Notes: generated by a model not told the origin, from the letters alone. DNA of 64,000 nucleotides from Cyanophora paradoxa CCMP329 (GCA_004431415.1 QPMI01000062.1:530339-594338), one strand, 5' to 3'. Counted from the first letter of the stretch, positions 23,701 through 37,041 are shown. Program-made: numbers and translations.

Positions 23701-26700
23701 ATGAGCTCCTCGAGGACGGGGCGGAGGTCGAAGGGGATCGCCTCGAGCTCGATCTTGCCCGCCTCGATCTTGTGCAGGTCCAGCAGGTCTGCCGGGCCGG
23801 CGCGGTGAGGCGGGGAGGGAGAGAGGAGGGGGGCAAAGGCGCGCCGTTCACGATGACGAGCATCTGGGCGGGGCGGGGCGCGTGAGGGGGATCTGGGGCG
23901 GGGGGCGGGCGGGGCGGGGCGGGCCTGCTCAGAGCAGGTGTGGATGGCGTGGCTGAGCTCGCGCTGCTCCTCGTCCAGCGCCGTCTCCCCCAGCAGCTCC
24001 CCCAGCCCCAGCACCCCGTTCTGCCCGCGAGCTCAGACGCGGCGCGGGAGGCTCCAGTGCTGCCGGGGCACCAGAGGCGTGCGCAGCTCGTGGATGGTGT
24101 ACGCCTGCGCACGCGGGCCGCGGAGCGTCAGCGGGGCGACGGGCGGGGCGGGCGGCGAGGAAGCGGCGATACTAAAGATGCTTCAGCAGCTAAAGACGCA
24201 CGAGGAACCTGCTCTTGGTCTCGTTGATCGCCTCCGCCTCGATGCGCCGCCGCTTCTCCGTGATGTCCTGGCAGACGAAGTGAGGCGCGGGAGGGAGGGG
24301 CAGGCCGGAGAGGCCGCTGGGGCGCCGGGCGCCTGCCCGATGGCGACGGCGCCGATGACGGCGCCGCGGGCGTCGCGGCGCGGCGTGGCGGAGAGGAGCA
24401 GGCGGAGGTCGTCGCTGGTCGGGGGCACGCGGAGGCAGAGCTCGGCGGGGGGCGCCCGCGCCGCCTCCTCGCCCCCGCGCAGCGCGCGCGAGAAGAGCGC
24501 CTCGGCGGCCGCGCGGTCCTCGGGGGCCACCAGCTCGAGGAGCCCCCGCCCGAGCATCCGCCCTGCGGTCCGCCCCGCATCGGCCGAGGGGTGATCGCAA
24601 GCCCGAGGGGAGGAGCGCTCGCCCTCGGGGATGCCGGTGAGGCGGGCGGCGGCCCAGTTCCAGCCGGCCACGCGCAACTCCAGGTCCACGATGAAGATCG
24701 GCGCCCCCGCTGTGCCGCCGCCGCCTCAGAGGCGGCGGGGCAGGGGCGGGGGCGGGCGCGCCGGTCTCGAGGATGCGCTTCATGTCCTCGCTGGCAACGC
24801 GCGCCCGCCGCTCGCTCTCCACCAGCGCCCGCTCCATCGTCTGTGCACGCGCGCATGCCGCGTCGGACCAGGCGGCTACGAAAGGGGCCGGGCTGGGGCC
24901 GCGCGCCTTGCGCTGGGAGATGTCCCGCACGACCAGCACGAGCTGCGCGGCCGGCGACGGGCTCAGAGCCGGCGGGTGGGGCGGCACGGCGAAGCGGGCG
25001 GGCGCGCCAGCGAGCTCGCTTCGCCGTCGTACTGCATGCGCCCGACGGAGATCTCGACGGGGAAGCGCTGGGCCGCGTCGGCCGGGGCCGGCGGTGCACG
25101 CAGCGCCTCCACCTCGAGCACGGGGGGTCCCCCGCGGCCGGACGCCGCCAAGAACGACGACATGGCCGTCGTGTACTGCGGGCGCGGTGGGCGAGCCGGT
25201 GACGAGCGCGGGGCGGGGCGGGGCACCTCGGGGGCGAAGTAGTCGAGGACGGAGGCGGGGGCGCCGGCGCCGGGCCCCTCCCGCTCGCCGGCGCCGGGCG
25301 CGGGGTTGATCTCGCTTGGCCCAGTGCGGAACATCGCGCGCGCGCTCTCGTTCATGTGCGCCACCGACCCGTCGGGCCGCACGACGAGCAGCGCGTCCGA
25401 GATGCCGCCCATGATCTGAGCAGGGGCCGGCGTGAGCTCGAGGGGCCGCCGGCCTCGCCGCCGGAGCGGCGCGAGCCGGTCGGGGCGGGCCCGGATGGCG
25501 TGCTTCATCTTGGCGAAGGCCTCGCCCACCTGCGAGGCCGGCCGCCAGCCGCCGCTGAGCGCCGCGTCTCGGGCCGCGAGGGGCGCCGGGCGGACGTCAC
25601 CTGGTCCAGCTCTCTGATTAAGGAGGCCGGCCGCGCGCTGCTCTCTACCTCCGCTTCCGGCGGCGGCGCCGAGGGCGCAGGTGCAGGTGAAATAGCGATC
25701 GGCAAGGCGGGCAGCGAGGGGCGCCGGACGGAGGGCGGCAGGTCGGCGGAGGTGGCGAGCAGGACGGTGGGGGCGTCGGCGCCGGCGGGCTCCGGCGCCA
25801 CTGGATATGTGTGCGAGGATGGACCGCGGGCGGCGTCAGAGGGCGGCCAACTGCCGGGCACGAGGCCCGACCCGCGGCGGCTGAGCTGCGGTCCCGCGGG
25901 GGCGGCGCCTGCGCCGCGGCCGGGGGACGCGGGAGCTCCGCCACCAGCCGGAGGGCCAGGGCGGGATCTGCGGCGGGCCGGTGAGCGGCGGCGGCGGCAT
26001 GCGGAGACGGGGGCCGGGGCGCGCGGCTTGTGGGCCGCGTTGTGGGAGTCCGAGAGGTCGAAGAAGGAGATGCGGTCGAGCTCGTCCCGGAACCGCCGCA
26101 TCGCCCGCCGCACCTGCCGCCGGGCTGCAGTGAGTGGCCCCCGCCCCGCGGGGGGCCAGGCACGGCGCGGGCAGAGACGGGAGCCGGACGCGGACACCTC
26201 GAAAACGACGAAGGCGCCGAGGAGGAGCGCCAGACCGCAGGAGACGCTCGAGACGATCGCATTTGCAACCGTCAGCCGCCGCACGTTCCCCGTGATGTCT
26301 GAACCGCCCCTGTCAGACTCGAGATTGCAAAGCCGAAGACCGAAAAGCTCAAAAGGGCGCGCCGCGCTCGGGGGCGGCGACGGCAACGAGGAGGCTCAGG
26401 GTGAGGGTGTCGTTGAAGGTGCCCAGGACCTTGACCCAGCGGCCCACGAAATCCTCCTTCCCCACCTTGAAGCTCAGCGCCTGCGCGCCGGGCGGAGAGG
26501 CGGTCAGGCTCGGGCCCGGGGCGCGCGGGGCGAGCAGATCTAGAACTAGACCTAGAGGGCCGGGGTGGGGCGCGCGTTCTCCTCGTCGAAATCAACGAAG
26601 GCGGCGGGGTCGAGGCTCGCGTTGCCGGGCAGCTCGTGCACGTCTCCGGGGAGGGCACTGAGCAGAGCCCGTAGCTCCGGGTCCGCCAGCTCGGCCGTCG

Positions 26701-28402
26701 GCACGAACTCTCTGCTCGGTCTCTGGCCCGGCACCAGCGGGACAGGGCGCACCAGGATCTCCGGGTTCTGCCGAGGGTCTCAGTTGCGATCGCGGCGGGG
26801 CGAGTTGCGCGGGCGGGCCCGCCGCGCACCCGCCAGCCGATGGCGCGGCGGGCCCCCGTGTCGTCGTCGGCCACGATCGCCGTGAAGCCTGCACGCACGG
26901 CCGCTCACGGGGCGGGGGATGCCTGAGGGCCGGGGGCGGGGCAGGCGGAAGCGGGCCGTTCTCGGCGACCCGCACGGAGGCGAGGTACTCGGAGACGCCG
27001 AAGGACTGGAAACCCATCGCAAACTGCGCCAGCCCGCCCGCCGCCCGCCGCCGCCGTCAAGAGATGCAGACTTGGATCGGGGTGCGGTGCCGGGGCGGGC
27101 CACGGCCTTGAGGCCCTCGCTGCCGTTGGTGCCGGCGGGCCGCGAGCGATCGGGCGGCAGGACTGCGCTCGGGGTGCCCGAGGGGGAGGCCCCGCCGCCG
27201 TGACTGAAGATCGGCATAGCGTAGAGAAAGCCGACGTGGCCCATTACGAATGGAAAGACGGGGGTCCAGATGGGCGCCCCGCGTGCTGCGGCGGTCGTGT
27301 AGTAGGGAAGCACCCTGACGTCATACGAGATGTTGCGGACGACCTCGAAGGCGGCCAGCGCGCCCGTCGCACGATCCACGTACGACAGGATGCGGTCCAC
27401 GACCTGCCCCCCCCGCCGAGTCCACTGTTACGACCGCGAGGGCGCCGGCGGCGCTTCGGCAGCGCCTCTGAGCGCATGCACCTGGGAGCCGGTGGCGGCG
27501 GAGGCCGTGGCGTTGATACGGGACTCAGTCACGCTGATTGGAAGGGCGGTGTAAGCAGCAGACAGCAGCGAGCGGGGGCGGGGAGCGGGCCGCGCCTGAT
27601 GGGGTGGAGGGCCTGCGGGTGCGCCTTGAGGAACTCCGGCCCCTCGCGTCTCACGAGGAGGGCCTCGTGGTTCGGGAGCGCCAGGCTGTAGTAATCAAAG
27701 GCGAAGCCAGGGACGAGCAGCTCGGAAATATAAGTCGCCAATATCTCCTCGAAGTTCGCCGAAGAGACGGTCTCCTCGTCGCCTACTGAGGCGCGAACGG
27801 CATTGCTGGCCCTTCCCACCGGCCCCGGCGTCAGTGAAGGCGCGGGCGATAGGGGCCGGCGCTCGATTGCTGCGCGTGTTCACCGCGCTGCAGAGCGCTC
27901 CGTTCTGTTGAATAAAGACCCGACATGCTCCTGCAGACGGTACCCGGTCTGGTCGAGAAAGTAGGAGGACAGGCGCTCGGCGCTTCGTTCGGCGTAGCAG
28001 TTCGAGACGACCGTAATGATCTGCGTAAAAACGATCGGAGGCCACGAAGGGTGGACATTACACGTGCAAGGGCGTCGACAAGAGCGCGCGAGACCCTTAA
28101 GCAGAGCCGCCGGGCGCTGAAAGAAGCGCATAGGGGCACCATATAGGCAGTGCTGAGCTGCAGGCGAGCGAGCGCGAGAGCGCCCTAGGCCTGCATGCGC
28201 TTACGCGCACCACGGTCGAAGAGATAAGCAAGCAGAGGAGAGCTACGCGAAGGAAGCTTCAGGCAAAAGCACGGCGGTACGCGTACGACCTAGCGCGGGA
28301 CGCGTAAAGCGAAGGGGACATGGACGCACCGGGGAAGATGGCGGAGACCAAGCCGACGCGGGCTGTCCTTCCGCGCAGGCGCCGCAGGAAGCCTCTCATC
28401 AT
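20710..28402 (-). CDS. Membrane hybrid histidine kinase, copy 2
   Basis: Colinear paralog of copy 1 with the same exon structure and all kinase/receiver motifs; a few single-base homopolymer indels near 21610-21790. Confidence 0.9.
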
Positions 28403-28949
28403 TCGGATTTTTGCTCGTGCGCTCCCAGCCGCTTTTGTCTTGCAAATTCAAGTATATATATCCGTACCCCCTGGTGTTGAAGTTTGCGTACCCCCGGATC
28501 CAACGTGACTCAGTGAATCTAGTTGTAGCACCTAACGCCCTCGGGTGGCGCTGTTTGGAGGCAAGGTATAAGGGGACAGGGGTAGCAGCATTGGCCCGGA
28601 GTCCGGTGGGGCGCCGATCTTTCCCGGAGTCAGGCATGGGGAGCAGTAATACTATGATAGTGGTGTGAGATCAAAATACGTAGTACGAGTTTTTTTGGGG
28701 GTGTAAAGCGTGACTTGGCGGGGGTCTATGAATGATGATCCGTATTCGGGATCGCTTATCTAGCCTCGACTAGCAGGCGGAATACAGGAGCCGATCAGCA
28801 CCAGGAATGCGCTGTGTGGGTGGTGGGGGGGGGGGGGGGGGAAAGGGGGGGGGGGTTCGGGTCGGGCAGCTTAGCTAGCAATGCCGAAGCTAGCAGTCGC
28901 GGCAACGCGCCAGGACAGCGCCAGGACAGATGCGCAGGGCGTCCCATGA

Positions 28950-29107
28950 CTACAGTGGCCGCGGGGCCCCTGCGCCGGGCTTGGGCCGGCGCCAGGTGGA
29001 GAAGCGCTCGACCGTCCCGAGAACGTCGTCCTTGCGCACCGGCCTGCGGGGCGGGGCGGGTCAGCGCGGGCTGCGGGGCGGGGCGGGGCGGCGCGCTTGG
29101 CGAGGAG

Positions 29108-29138
<31 letters not shown>

Positions 29139-32100
29139 AGCGACTCCGCCACCACGTTCGCCGTCAGCGCCTGCCCCGCCCCGCCTCGACCCGAGGGCGC
29201 AGCGCGGCACGCGGCGGGCGCGGGCGCACGACGATGGCGGAGGGCGGGCCCCCGTCTCCCCCGCCGCCTCCTGCCCCGCCCGTCAGCGCACCTGGCGCGG
29301 GGCGGGGCAGGCGGGGCGGGCGGGGCAGGGCGGGCCAGGCGGCGGATCTCGCGGGTGGCCCCCGTCCCGTCCAGCACCGGCATCTGCCCCCGGCCGGCGG
29401 CGTCACGGGGCCGGGGTACAGGGGCGCGGGCCTCGGGCGGGGGTACGCGCCTCCATGTCCATGAAGACGACGCGGTACGGGGCCTCGCCCCGCGCCGCCC
29501 TGCGCCCCGTGAGGCGGGGCGCCCGGGGCGCGGGCGTGGGCGCGGGCGGGGCAGACCGGGCGCGGACGCGGTCGAGGGCCTCGGCGCCGTGGACGGCCTC
29601 GTCGCACGCGAGGCCGCCCTTCTTCAGCAGCGACGCGCACACCTTCCGGCTGCCGGCGGGTCAGGGCCGGCGGCGGGAGGCGCTGGACCCGAGGGCTGCG
29701 GGCGGGGCGGGGCGGGCGGGGCGGGGCGGGCACTTGAGGTCCACGTCGTCGACGACCCTGCGCCGGCGCGTCGGCTAAGGCGGCGGCGGCGGCGGGGAGC
29801 GGGGGGCCGGCGCACAGGATCCCCGGCTGCTCGGCCGGCCGCTCCGCCGCCTCCGGCGCCCCCGGCGGGGCCCGCAGGTCGGAGACCCCCGCCCCCGCGC
29901 GCCCTCCGAAGCCGCCGCCTCGCGGTCGGGAGGGGCCGGCGGGGGCGGCGCCGGCTCGGGCGCCGCCGCGGGCAGCTCGGGCCCGGGCGGCGGCTCCGGC
30001 GCGCGCTCCTCTCCGGGCACGGCGGCCTCCCGCGGGGCCCGGGCGGGGGCGGCGGACCCGCGGGGGCCGCCGCGGGCGGCCGGGCGTCCGGCCGCACCTC
30101 GATCACCGCCGCCTCCGCCTTCGCCCGCGGAGCGCCCTCTTGCACGGTCCCGAGGCCGCCGCCCGCCCCGTCCGCCGGCGGAGGCGCCTCGGCCTCCGCC
30201 CCCACCTTTGCCTCGGCTTCCGGCCCGACCTTCGCCTCCGCGGGGGCCGGGGCGACGGCGTCGGCGGCAGCGAGGGCCTCGAGGGCGCGCTGGAGCGTCT
30301 TCACGAACTTGTGGTACCGCACCTGCGCACCGCCCGACAGTCAGCTTGGACAGGCCGGCGGCGGGGCGGGGCAGCGCGCACGGGCTTCACGAGGGGCAGC
30401 TCGGAGACGAGGGCGGGCCGGCCTCGCCCGGGGCGGCGCCAGGGTGCACTCCGGCGGGGCCTCGCTCGCGCACGCGCGGACCGAGGGCCGCCGCGAGGTC
30501 GAGCGCCGGCGGTGCGCGCGGGCGGAGCACGGGATGGGCGGCTCCATGTAGACCAGGGAGGCGGCGGCCGAGGCGGCGGCGGCGGCGACGGGGCGGCACG
30601 GGACCGACTCGTCGAGCACGAGAAGGGCGCGGGGCGGGCGCGGGACGGCCAGGGCGGGCGGCGGGTCGTCGGGGCGGCGGGTGCCGGAGGCGGGGCGGGG
30701 CCAGCCGGCGGCGCGCGCGTACTCGAGGACGATGACGGCGACCTCGGGTCCGGGTGGACGACCCAGAGCGGAGGGTACTCGGCGAGGCCGGCGGGGAGAG
30801 CGAGGCGGGCGGGTAGAGCGGTGGCTGCTCGTGCAGGTGCCGCCGCGGAGGCAGCGTGGCGAGCGACGGCGCGTCCTCCAGCCGCGCCGCCGCCGGCCCC
30901 GGCGCCACCTCCTCGTCCTCGGCCCCGTCCACGCCGGCGCCGCCGGGCGGCCCGCCGCACTCGCCGACCAGCGGGAGCGGCACCTGCGGGCCGGGCGGGT
31001 TGGGCTGGCGTGCGGGGCGGGGCGGGCCGGCGGGCGGGCCTCGACGGTGAAGGTGGAGCCGACGCCGGGGGCCGACTCGACGGAGACGGTGCCGCCCATC
31101 AGCTCCGCCAGGCGCTTCACGATCGGCAGCCCCATCCCCGTGCCCCCGTACAGCCGCGTCACGCTCTGGTCCGCCTGCGCCCCAGCGTCAGGGGCGGGGG
31201 CTGGGGCGAAGGGCGTGGGGGTACGCAGGGGCGCGCCTGGGCGTAGTCCTGGAAGATGCGGTCGATGCCGGCCGGTTCGATCCCCAGCCCCGTGTCCTTC
31301 ACCTGCCAGCGCGCTGTGGGCGAGGCGGAGGCGGGTGGGTAGACAAATGGGGCACGTCGATGTGGAGGCGCGTGTGGACGCGGACGAGAGCGGTGGCGGG
31401 CCCCGCGGGGAGCACCTCACAGGCCAGGATCACGTGGCCCTTGCGCGTGAACTGCGCCGGCTGAGGCGTGCAGGCGCCGGCGGGAGGGGTACAGCGGGAG
31501 GCGCGCCTTGATCCCGTTGTACGCGAGGTTCATGATGATCTGGCGGGGGGTCGGTGGGGTGGGGCGGGGCGGGACGGACGAGGCAAAACCGGCACCTGCC
31601 TGCGGCCGGAGTCAGGCGGGGCGTGAGACAGGGGCGGGGAGGGGGCGGGCTCACTTGAGGCGGCAGGGGTCGCCGACGAGGCGCGGGCAGCGTTCGCCCT
31701 CGCTCGGAGGCGGGATAAACGACGCCATCTCGATGCCCTGCGCGGGCGGACGAGCGGTGAGGCGGGGGCGGAGCGCCGGGCGGCTTTGAGGGACGGGCGG
31801 GGGGACCTTGGAGAACGCAGTCGGGGCCACGACCTGCCGGCGCCGGCGTGCACGTTAGGCGGCGGGTGGCGGGCAGCGGGAGGCGGGCTTGGGGAGTACG
31901 CCGGGCGCGCCTCGATGAGCTCCTCTAGGACGGGGCGGAGGTCGAAAGGAACGGCCTCGAGCTCGATCTTGCCCGCCTCGATCTTGTGCAGGTCGAGCAG
32001 GTCTGGCGGGCCGGCGCGGTGAGGAGGGGAGAGAGGGCGGACGGGGGGTACAGGCGCGCCGTTGACGATGACGAGCATCTGGGCGGGGCGGGGCACGTGA

Positions 32101-35100
32101 GGGGGATCTGAAGCGAAGGGCGGGCGGGGGCGGCCCCGCCAGACGGGCCTGCTCGGAGCAGGTGTGGATGGCGTGGCTGAGCTCGCGCTGCTCCTCGTCC
32201 AGCGCCGTCTCCCCCAGCAGCTCGCCCAGCCCCAGCACCCCGTTCTGCCCGCAGCCGCGAGCTCAGGCGGGGCGGGGGAGGGGCTCGAGTGCTGCCGGGG
32301 CACCAGGGGCGTGCGGAGCTCGTGAATGGTGTACGCCTGCGCGAGAAGGCCGCGGAGCGTCAGCGGGGCGACGGGCGGGGCGGGCGGCGAGGAAGCGGCG
32401 ATACTTAAGATGCCTTTGCTGCAATTAACGCACGAGGAACCTGTTCTTGGTCTCGTTGATCGCCTCCGCCTCGATGCGCCGCCGCTTCTCCGTGATGTCC
32501 TGGCAGAGGAAGTGAGGGCGCGGGAGGGAGGGGCAGGCCGGAGAGGCCGCTGGGGCGCCGGGCGCCTGCCCGATGGCGACGGCGCCGATGACGGCGCCGC
32601 GGGCGTCGCGGCGCGGCGTGGCGGAGAGGAGCAGGCGGAGGTCGTCGCTGGTCGGGGGCACGCGGAGGCAGAGCTCGGCGGGGGCCGCCCCCGCCGCCTC
32701 TTCGCCCCCACGCAGCGCGCGCGAGAAGAGCGCCTCGGCGGCCGCGCGGTCCTCGGGGGCCACCAGCTCGAGGAGCCCCCGCCCGAGCATCCGCCCTGCG
32801 GCCCGCCCCGCATCGGACCAGGGAGGAGGCGCAAGCGAGAGGGAAGGAGCGCTCGCCCTCGGGGATGCCGGTAAGGCGGGCGGTGGCCCAGTTCCAGCCG
32901 GCCACGCGCAGCTCCAGGTCCACGATGAAGATCGGCGCCCCCGCTGCGCCGCCGCCGCCTCAGGGGCGGCGCGGCGGGCGCGGCGGCGGGCGCGCCGGTC
33001 TCGAGGATACGCTTCATGTCCTCGCTGGCGACGCGCGCCCGCCGCTCGCTCTCCACCAGCGCCCGCTCCATCGTCTGTGCACGCGCGCATGCCGCGTCGG
33101 ACCAGGCGGCTACGAAAGGGGCCGGGCTGGGGCCGCGCGCCTTGCGCTGGGAGATGTCCCGCACGACCAGCACGAGCTGCGCGGCCGGCGACGGGCTCAG
33201 AGCCGGCGGGTGGGGCGGCACGGCGAAGCGGGCGGGCGCGCCAGCGAGCTCGCTTCGCCGTCGTACTGCATGCGCCCGACGGAGATCTCGACGGGGAAGC
33301 GCTGGGCCGCGTCGGCCGGGGCCGGCGGTGCACGCAGCGCCTCCACCTCGAGCACGGGGGGTCCCCCGCGGCCGGACGCCGCCAAGAACGACGACATGGC
33401 CGTCGTGTACTGCGGGCGCGGTGGGCGAGCCGGTGACGAGCGCGGGGCGGGGCGGGGCACCTCGGGGGCGAAGTAGTCGAGGACGGAGGCGGGGGCGCCG
33501 GCGCCGGGCCCCTCCCGCTCGCCGGCGCCGGGCGCGGGGTTGATCTCGCTTGGCCCAGTGCGGAACATCGCGCGCGCGCTCTCGTTCATGTGCGCCACCG
33601 ACCCGTCGGGCCGCACGACGAGCAGCGCGTCTGAGATGCCGCCCATGATCTGAGCAGGGGCCGGCGTGAGCTCGAGGGGCCGGCAGTGCGTGCGGGCGGC
33701 ACGGGGCGCGCCCGGATGGCGTGCTTCATCTTGGCGAAGGCCTCGCCCACCTGCGAGGCCGGCCGCCAGCCGCTGGTGAGCGCCGGGTCTCGGGCTAAGA
33801 TGAGCACTAGGTATGCACCTGGTCCAGCTCTCGAATCGAGGACGTGGGCCGCGCGCTGCTCTCTGGCTCATCCGGAGGCGCACCCGGCGGCAAAGGTGCA
33901 GGCGGGATATCGATCAGCGGAGCGGCGTGCGAGGGGCGCCGGACGGAGGGCGGCAGGTCTGCGGAGGTGGCGAGCAGGACGGTGGGGTCGCTCGCGGATT
34001 CCGGCGCCACGGGGTACGTGGCCGGGAAGGACGAAGCGCCATCGGGGGGCGGCCAGCTGGAGGGCGAGAGGCCCGGCCCGCGGCGGCTGAGCTGCGGTCC
34101 CCCAGGGGCGGAGCCTGCGCCGCGGCCGGGGGACGCGGGTGCTCCGCCACCAGCCGGAGGGCCAGGGCGGGATCTGCGGCGGGCCGGTGAGCGGCGGCGG
34201 CGGCATGCGGAGACGGGGGCCGGGGCGCGCGGCTTGTGGGCCGCGTTGTGGGAGTCCGAGAGGTCGAAGAAGGAGATGCGGTCGAGCTCGTCCCGGAACC
34301 GCCGCATGGCCCGCCACACCTGCCGCCGCGCCGGCGTGAGCGAGCTGCTCCAGCCCCGCGCAGAGCGGCGCGGGACCGGCACCTCGAATATGACGAAAGC
34401 GCTGAGGAGGATGGCCAACGCGCAGGAGACGCTCGAAACGATCGCGTTCGCCACCGTCAGCTGCTGCACGTTCCCCGTGATGTCTGCCCCGCCGGCGTCA
34501 GAGCCTTGAAACTCGGCGCCGCGAAGAAAGCAGGGGGCGCGCCGTGCTCGGGGGCGGCGACGGCGACGAGGAGGCTCAGGGCGAGGGTGTCGTTGAAGGT
34601 GCCCAGGACCTTGGCCCAGCGGCCCACGAAATCCTCCTTCCCCACCTTGAAGCTCAGCGCCTGCGCGCCGGGCGAAGGGGCGCTCGTGCCCGCGCCCAGG
34701 GCGCCAGGGCGGCGGAAAGGGCATCTAGATGTAGCCAGGGCGCGCGGGAAAGGGAATCAAGACTCTTCTCGCGCACGTTCTTCTCGTCGAACTCGTCGTA
34801 GGCGGCGGGGTCGAGGGTCGCGTTGCCGGGAAGCTCGTGCACGTCCGCGGGCAGCGCGAGCATCAGGGCCCGCAGCTCCGGGTCCGCCAGCTCGGCCGTC
34901 GGCACGAACTCATAGCTCGTCCCCTGCTCCGGCACCAGCGGGACAGGCCGCATCAGGATCTCCGGGTTCTGCCGAGAGTTTCGGCTGGGGGCGCGCGAGC
35001 TCCGCCGACCGGCCCGCCGCGCACCCGCCAGCCGATGGCGCGGCGGGGCCCCTCGATGTCGTCGGCCACAATTGCAGTGAAGCCTGCGCGGGCGGGCGAT

Positions 35101-36617
35101 CACGAGGCGGATGGTGCCCGGCCCGGGGAACGGGGCGGGTTGCAGCGGACCGTTCTCGGCGACCCGTACGGAGTCGAGGTACTCGGAGACGCCGAAGGAC
35201 TGGAACCCGATCGTCAACTGCCGGCGGCCGAGCGCCCCCCGCGTCAGTGGGGCCACAGGACGGGGCGGCAGCGCGGCGCCCGGACGCGCCACGCCTTTGA
35301 GGCCCTCGCTGCCGTTCGTGCCGGCGGGCCGCGGGGGATCAGGGGGCAAGACTACGGCCCCGATGCCCGGAGGGGAAGGGCCCCCGCCGCGACTGTAGAT
35401 GGGCGTCACATGGACGAAGCCGCTGCGTCCGAGCGCGAAGGGGAAGACGGGGGTCCAGATGGGCGCCCCGCTGGCGACGGCGCTCTTGTAAAAGGGGCGC
35501 TCCCTGACGTCGTACGGCTGGTCGAGGGCCACGTCGAAGGTCGCCAGCTCGCCCGTCGCCCGGTCCACGTACGACGTGAAGCGGTCCACGACCTGCACCC
35601 GCCGCCGCAGAGCGTCGGGGAACAAGGCTGCGAGGCCGGCGCCGGCGCATCTGAGCGCATGCACCTCGGAGCCGGCGGCGGAGGAGGCCGAGGCGTTGAT
35701 ACGGTACTCCACGACGCTGATTGGAATGCGGTGTCAGGCGCAGGCGTCGGCGGGCACGAGCGCAGGACGGGCGGCGCGCGCCTGAACGGAAGGAGGGCCT
35801 GCGGGTGCGTCCTCAAAAACTCCCGCGACTCGCGCACCACGTGAAGGGCTTCGCGGTTCGGGAGCCCTAGGCTGTAGTACTCGAAGGTTTCGGATCCAGG
35901 GACGAGCAGCTCGGAAAGAAAGTACACCATAATTTCCGGAAAGTTCGCCGAAGTGATGGTCTCCTCGTCGCCGACTGTGGCGCCAATGGCGGCGCTAGCC
36001 CTTCGCACCGGCCACGCCGTGACGGGGGCGTCAGTGAGGACGGATCGCAGGACAGAGCGAGGCTCGATCTACATCGCTCCGCGCACCGCGCTGCAGCGCG
36101 CTCCGTTTTGTCGAGTAACGATCCGATGTGCTCCTGCAGACGGTACCCGATCTGGTCGAGAAAGTAGGAGGACAAGCGCTCGGCGCTTCTCTCAGCGTAG
36201 GAGTTCGAAACGACTGTAATGATCTGCGCGGAGACGATTGGATACCATGCCAGGGTGATCGAACAAGCGCTTAAGCCAGGGTTATGGGACGAGGACAAGA
36301 GCGCGAGAGATCCCGAGCGTGCAGGCGCCCGGAGCACAATACGGAGCCGGCGCCCATGCATATGCCAGCGAGCGCGCGCGAGCGGCCTAGGCCTGCGCGT
36401 GCCCCTGGCCCCTGGCCACGCGCACCACAGTCGAAGAGACAAGCAAGAAGAGGAGAGCTGCGCACATGAAGGAAGCTTCAGGCACAAGCACGGCGGTGCG
36501 ATCTAGCGCGTACATAAACGCGTACGGCGAAGGGGACGTGGACGCACCGGGGAAGATGACGGAGACCAAGCCAACACGTACTTTCGTGCCCCGCAGACGC
36601 CGCAAGAAGGCTCGCAT
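28950..36617 (-). CDS. Membrane hybrid histidine kinase, copy 3
   Basis: Colinear paralog; starts [17 protein letters not shown]; same H, N, G boxes and receiver. Confidence 0.9.
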
Positions 36618-37041
36618 CGTTCCGAATGCGCTCGCGCAGCGCTAGCCGCGCCGGCGCCGTCTTCGTGGAAAGTGTTCGAATTCGTACCCCCGGAGTTTGA
36701 ACTGAAGTTTGCGTACCCCCAGATTCGATCTGGATCTACTTATACCGGCCGGCGCCCGGCCGCGGGCCCCGAATTCGAACTTCGGATCCGGAATCTAATT
36801 TTGAATTTGATCCGATCTCGGCGAGTCAGCCCGCGGGAAAGAGGCAGCCGCTGCCGCGCGCTACGACAGGCTCGTCGGCAGCTGCGCGCGCATGCTGCAG
36901 CTGCCGCGGCCGCGCGCTAGGCCGGCAGCGAGGCAGGCGCGCGGAATGCATATGCGATCTAGATCTAGATCTAGTGATAGCGAGGGCTAGCGCTCTATGC
37001 AGACGGCAACAAGCTCATCGGCCGCTTCCGTGCACGTTGCG

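Noticed and set aside
28518-28775. Canonical Helitron (TC...hairpin...CTAG) between kinases 2 and 3
   Set aside because: CTAG is ubiquitous in these spacers, is not followed by T here, and no second copy supports it.
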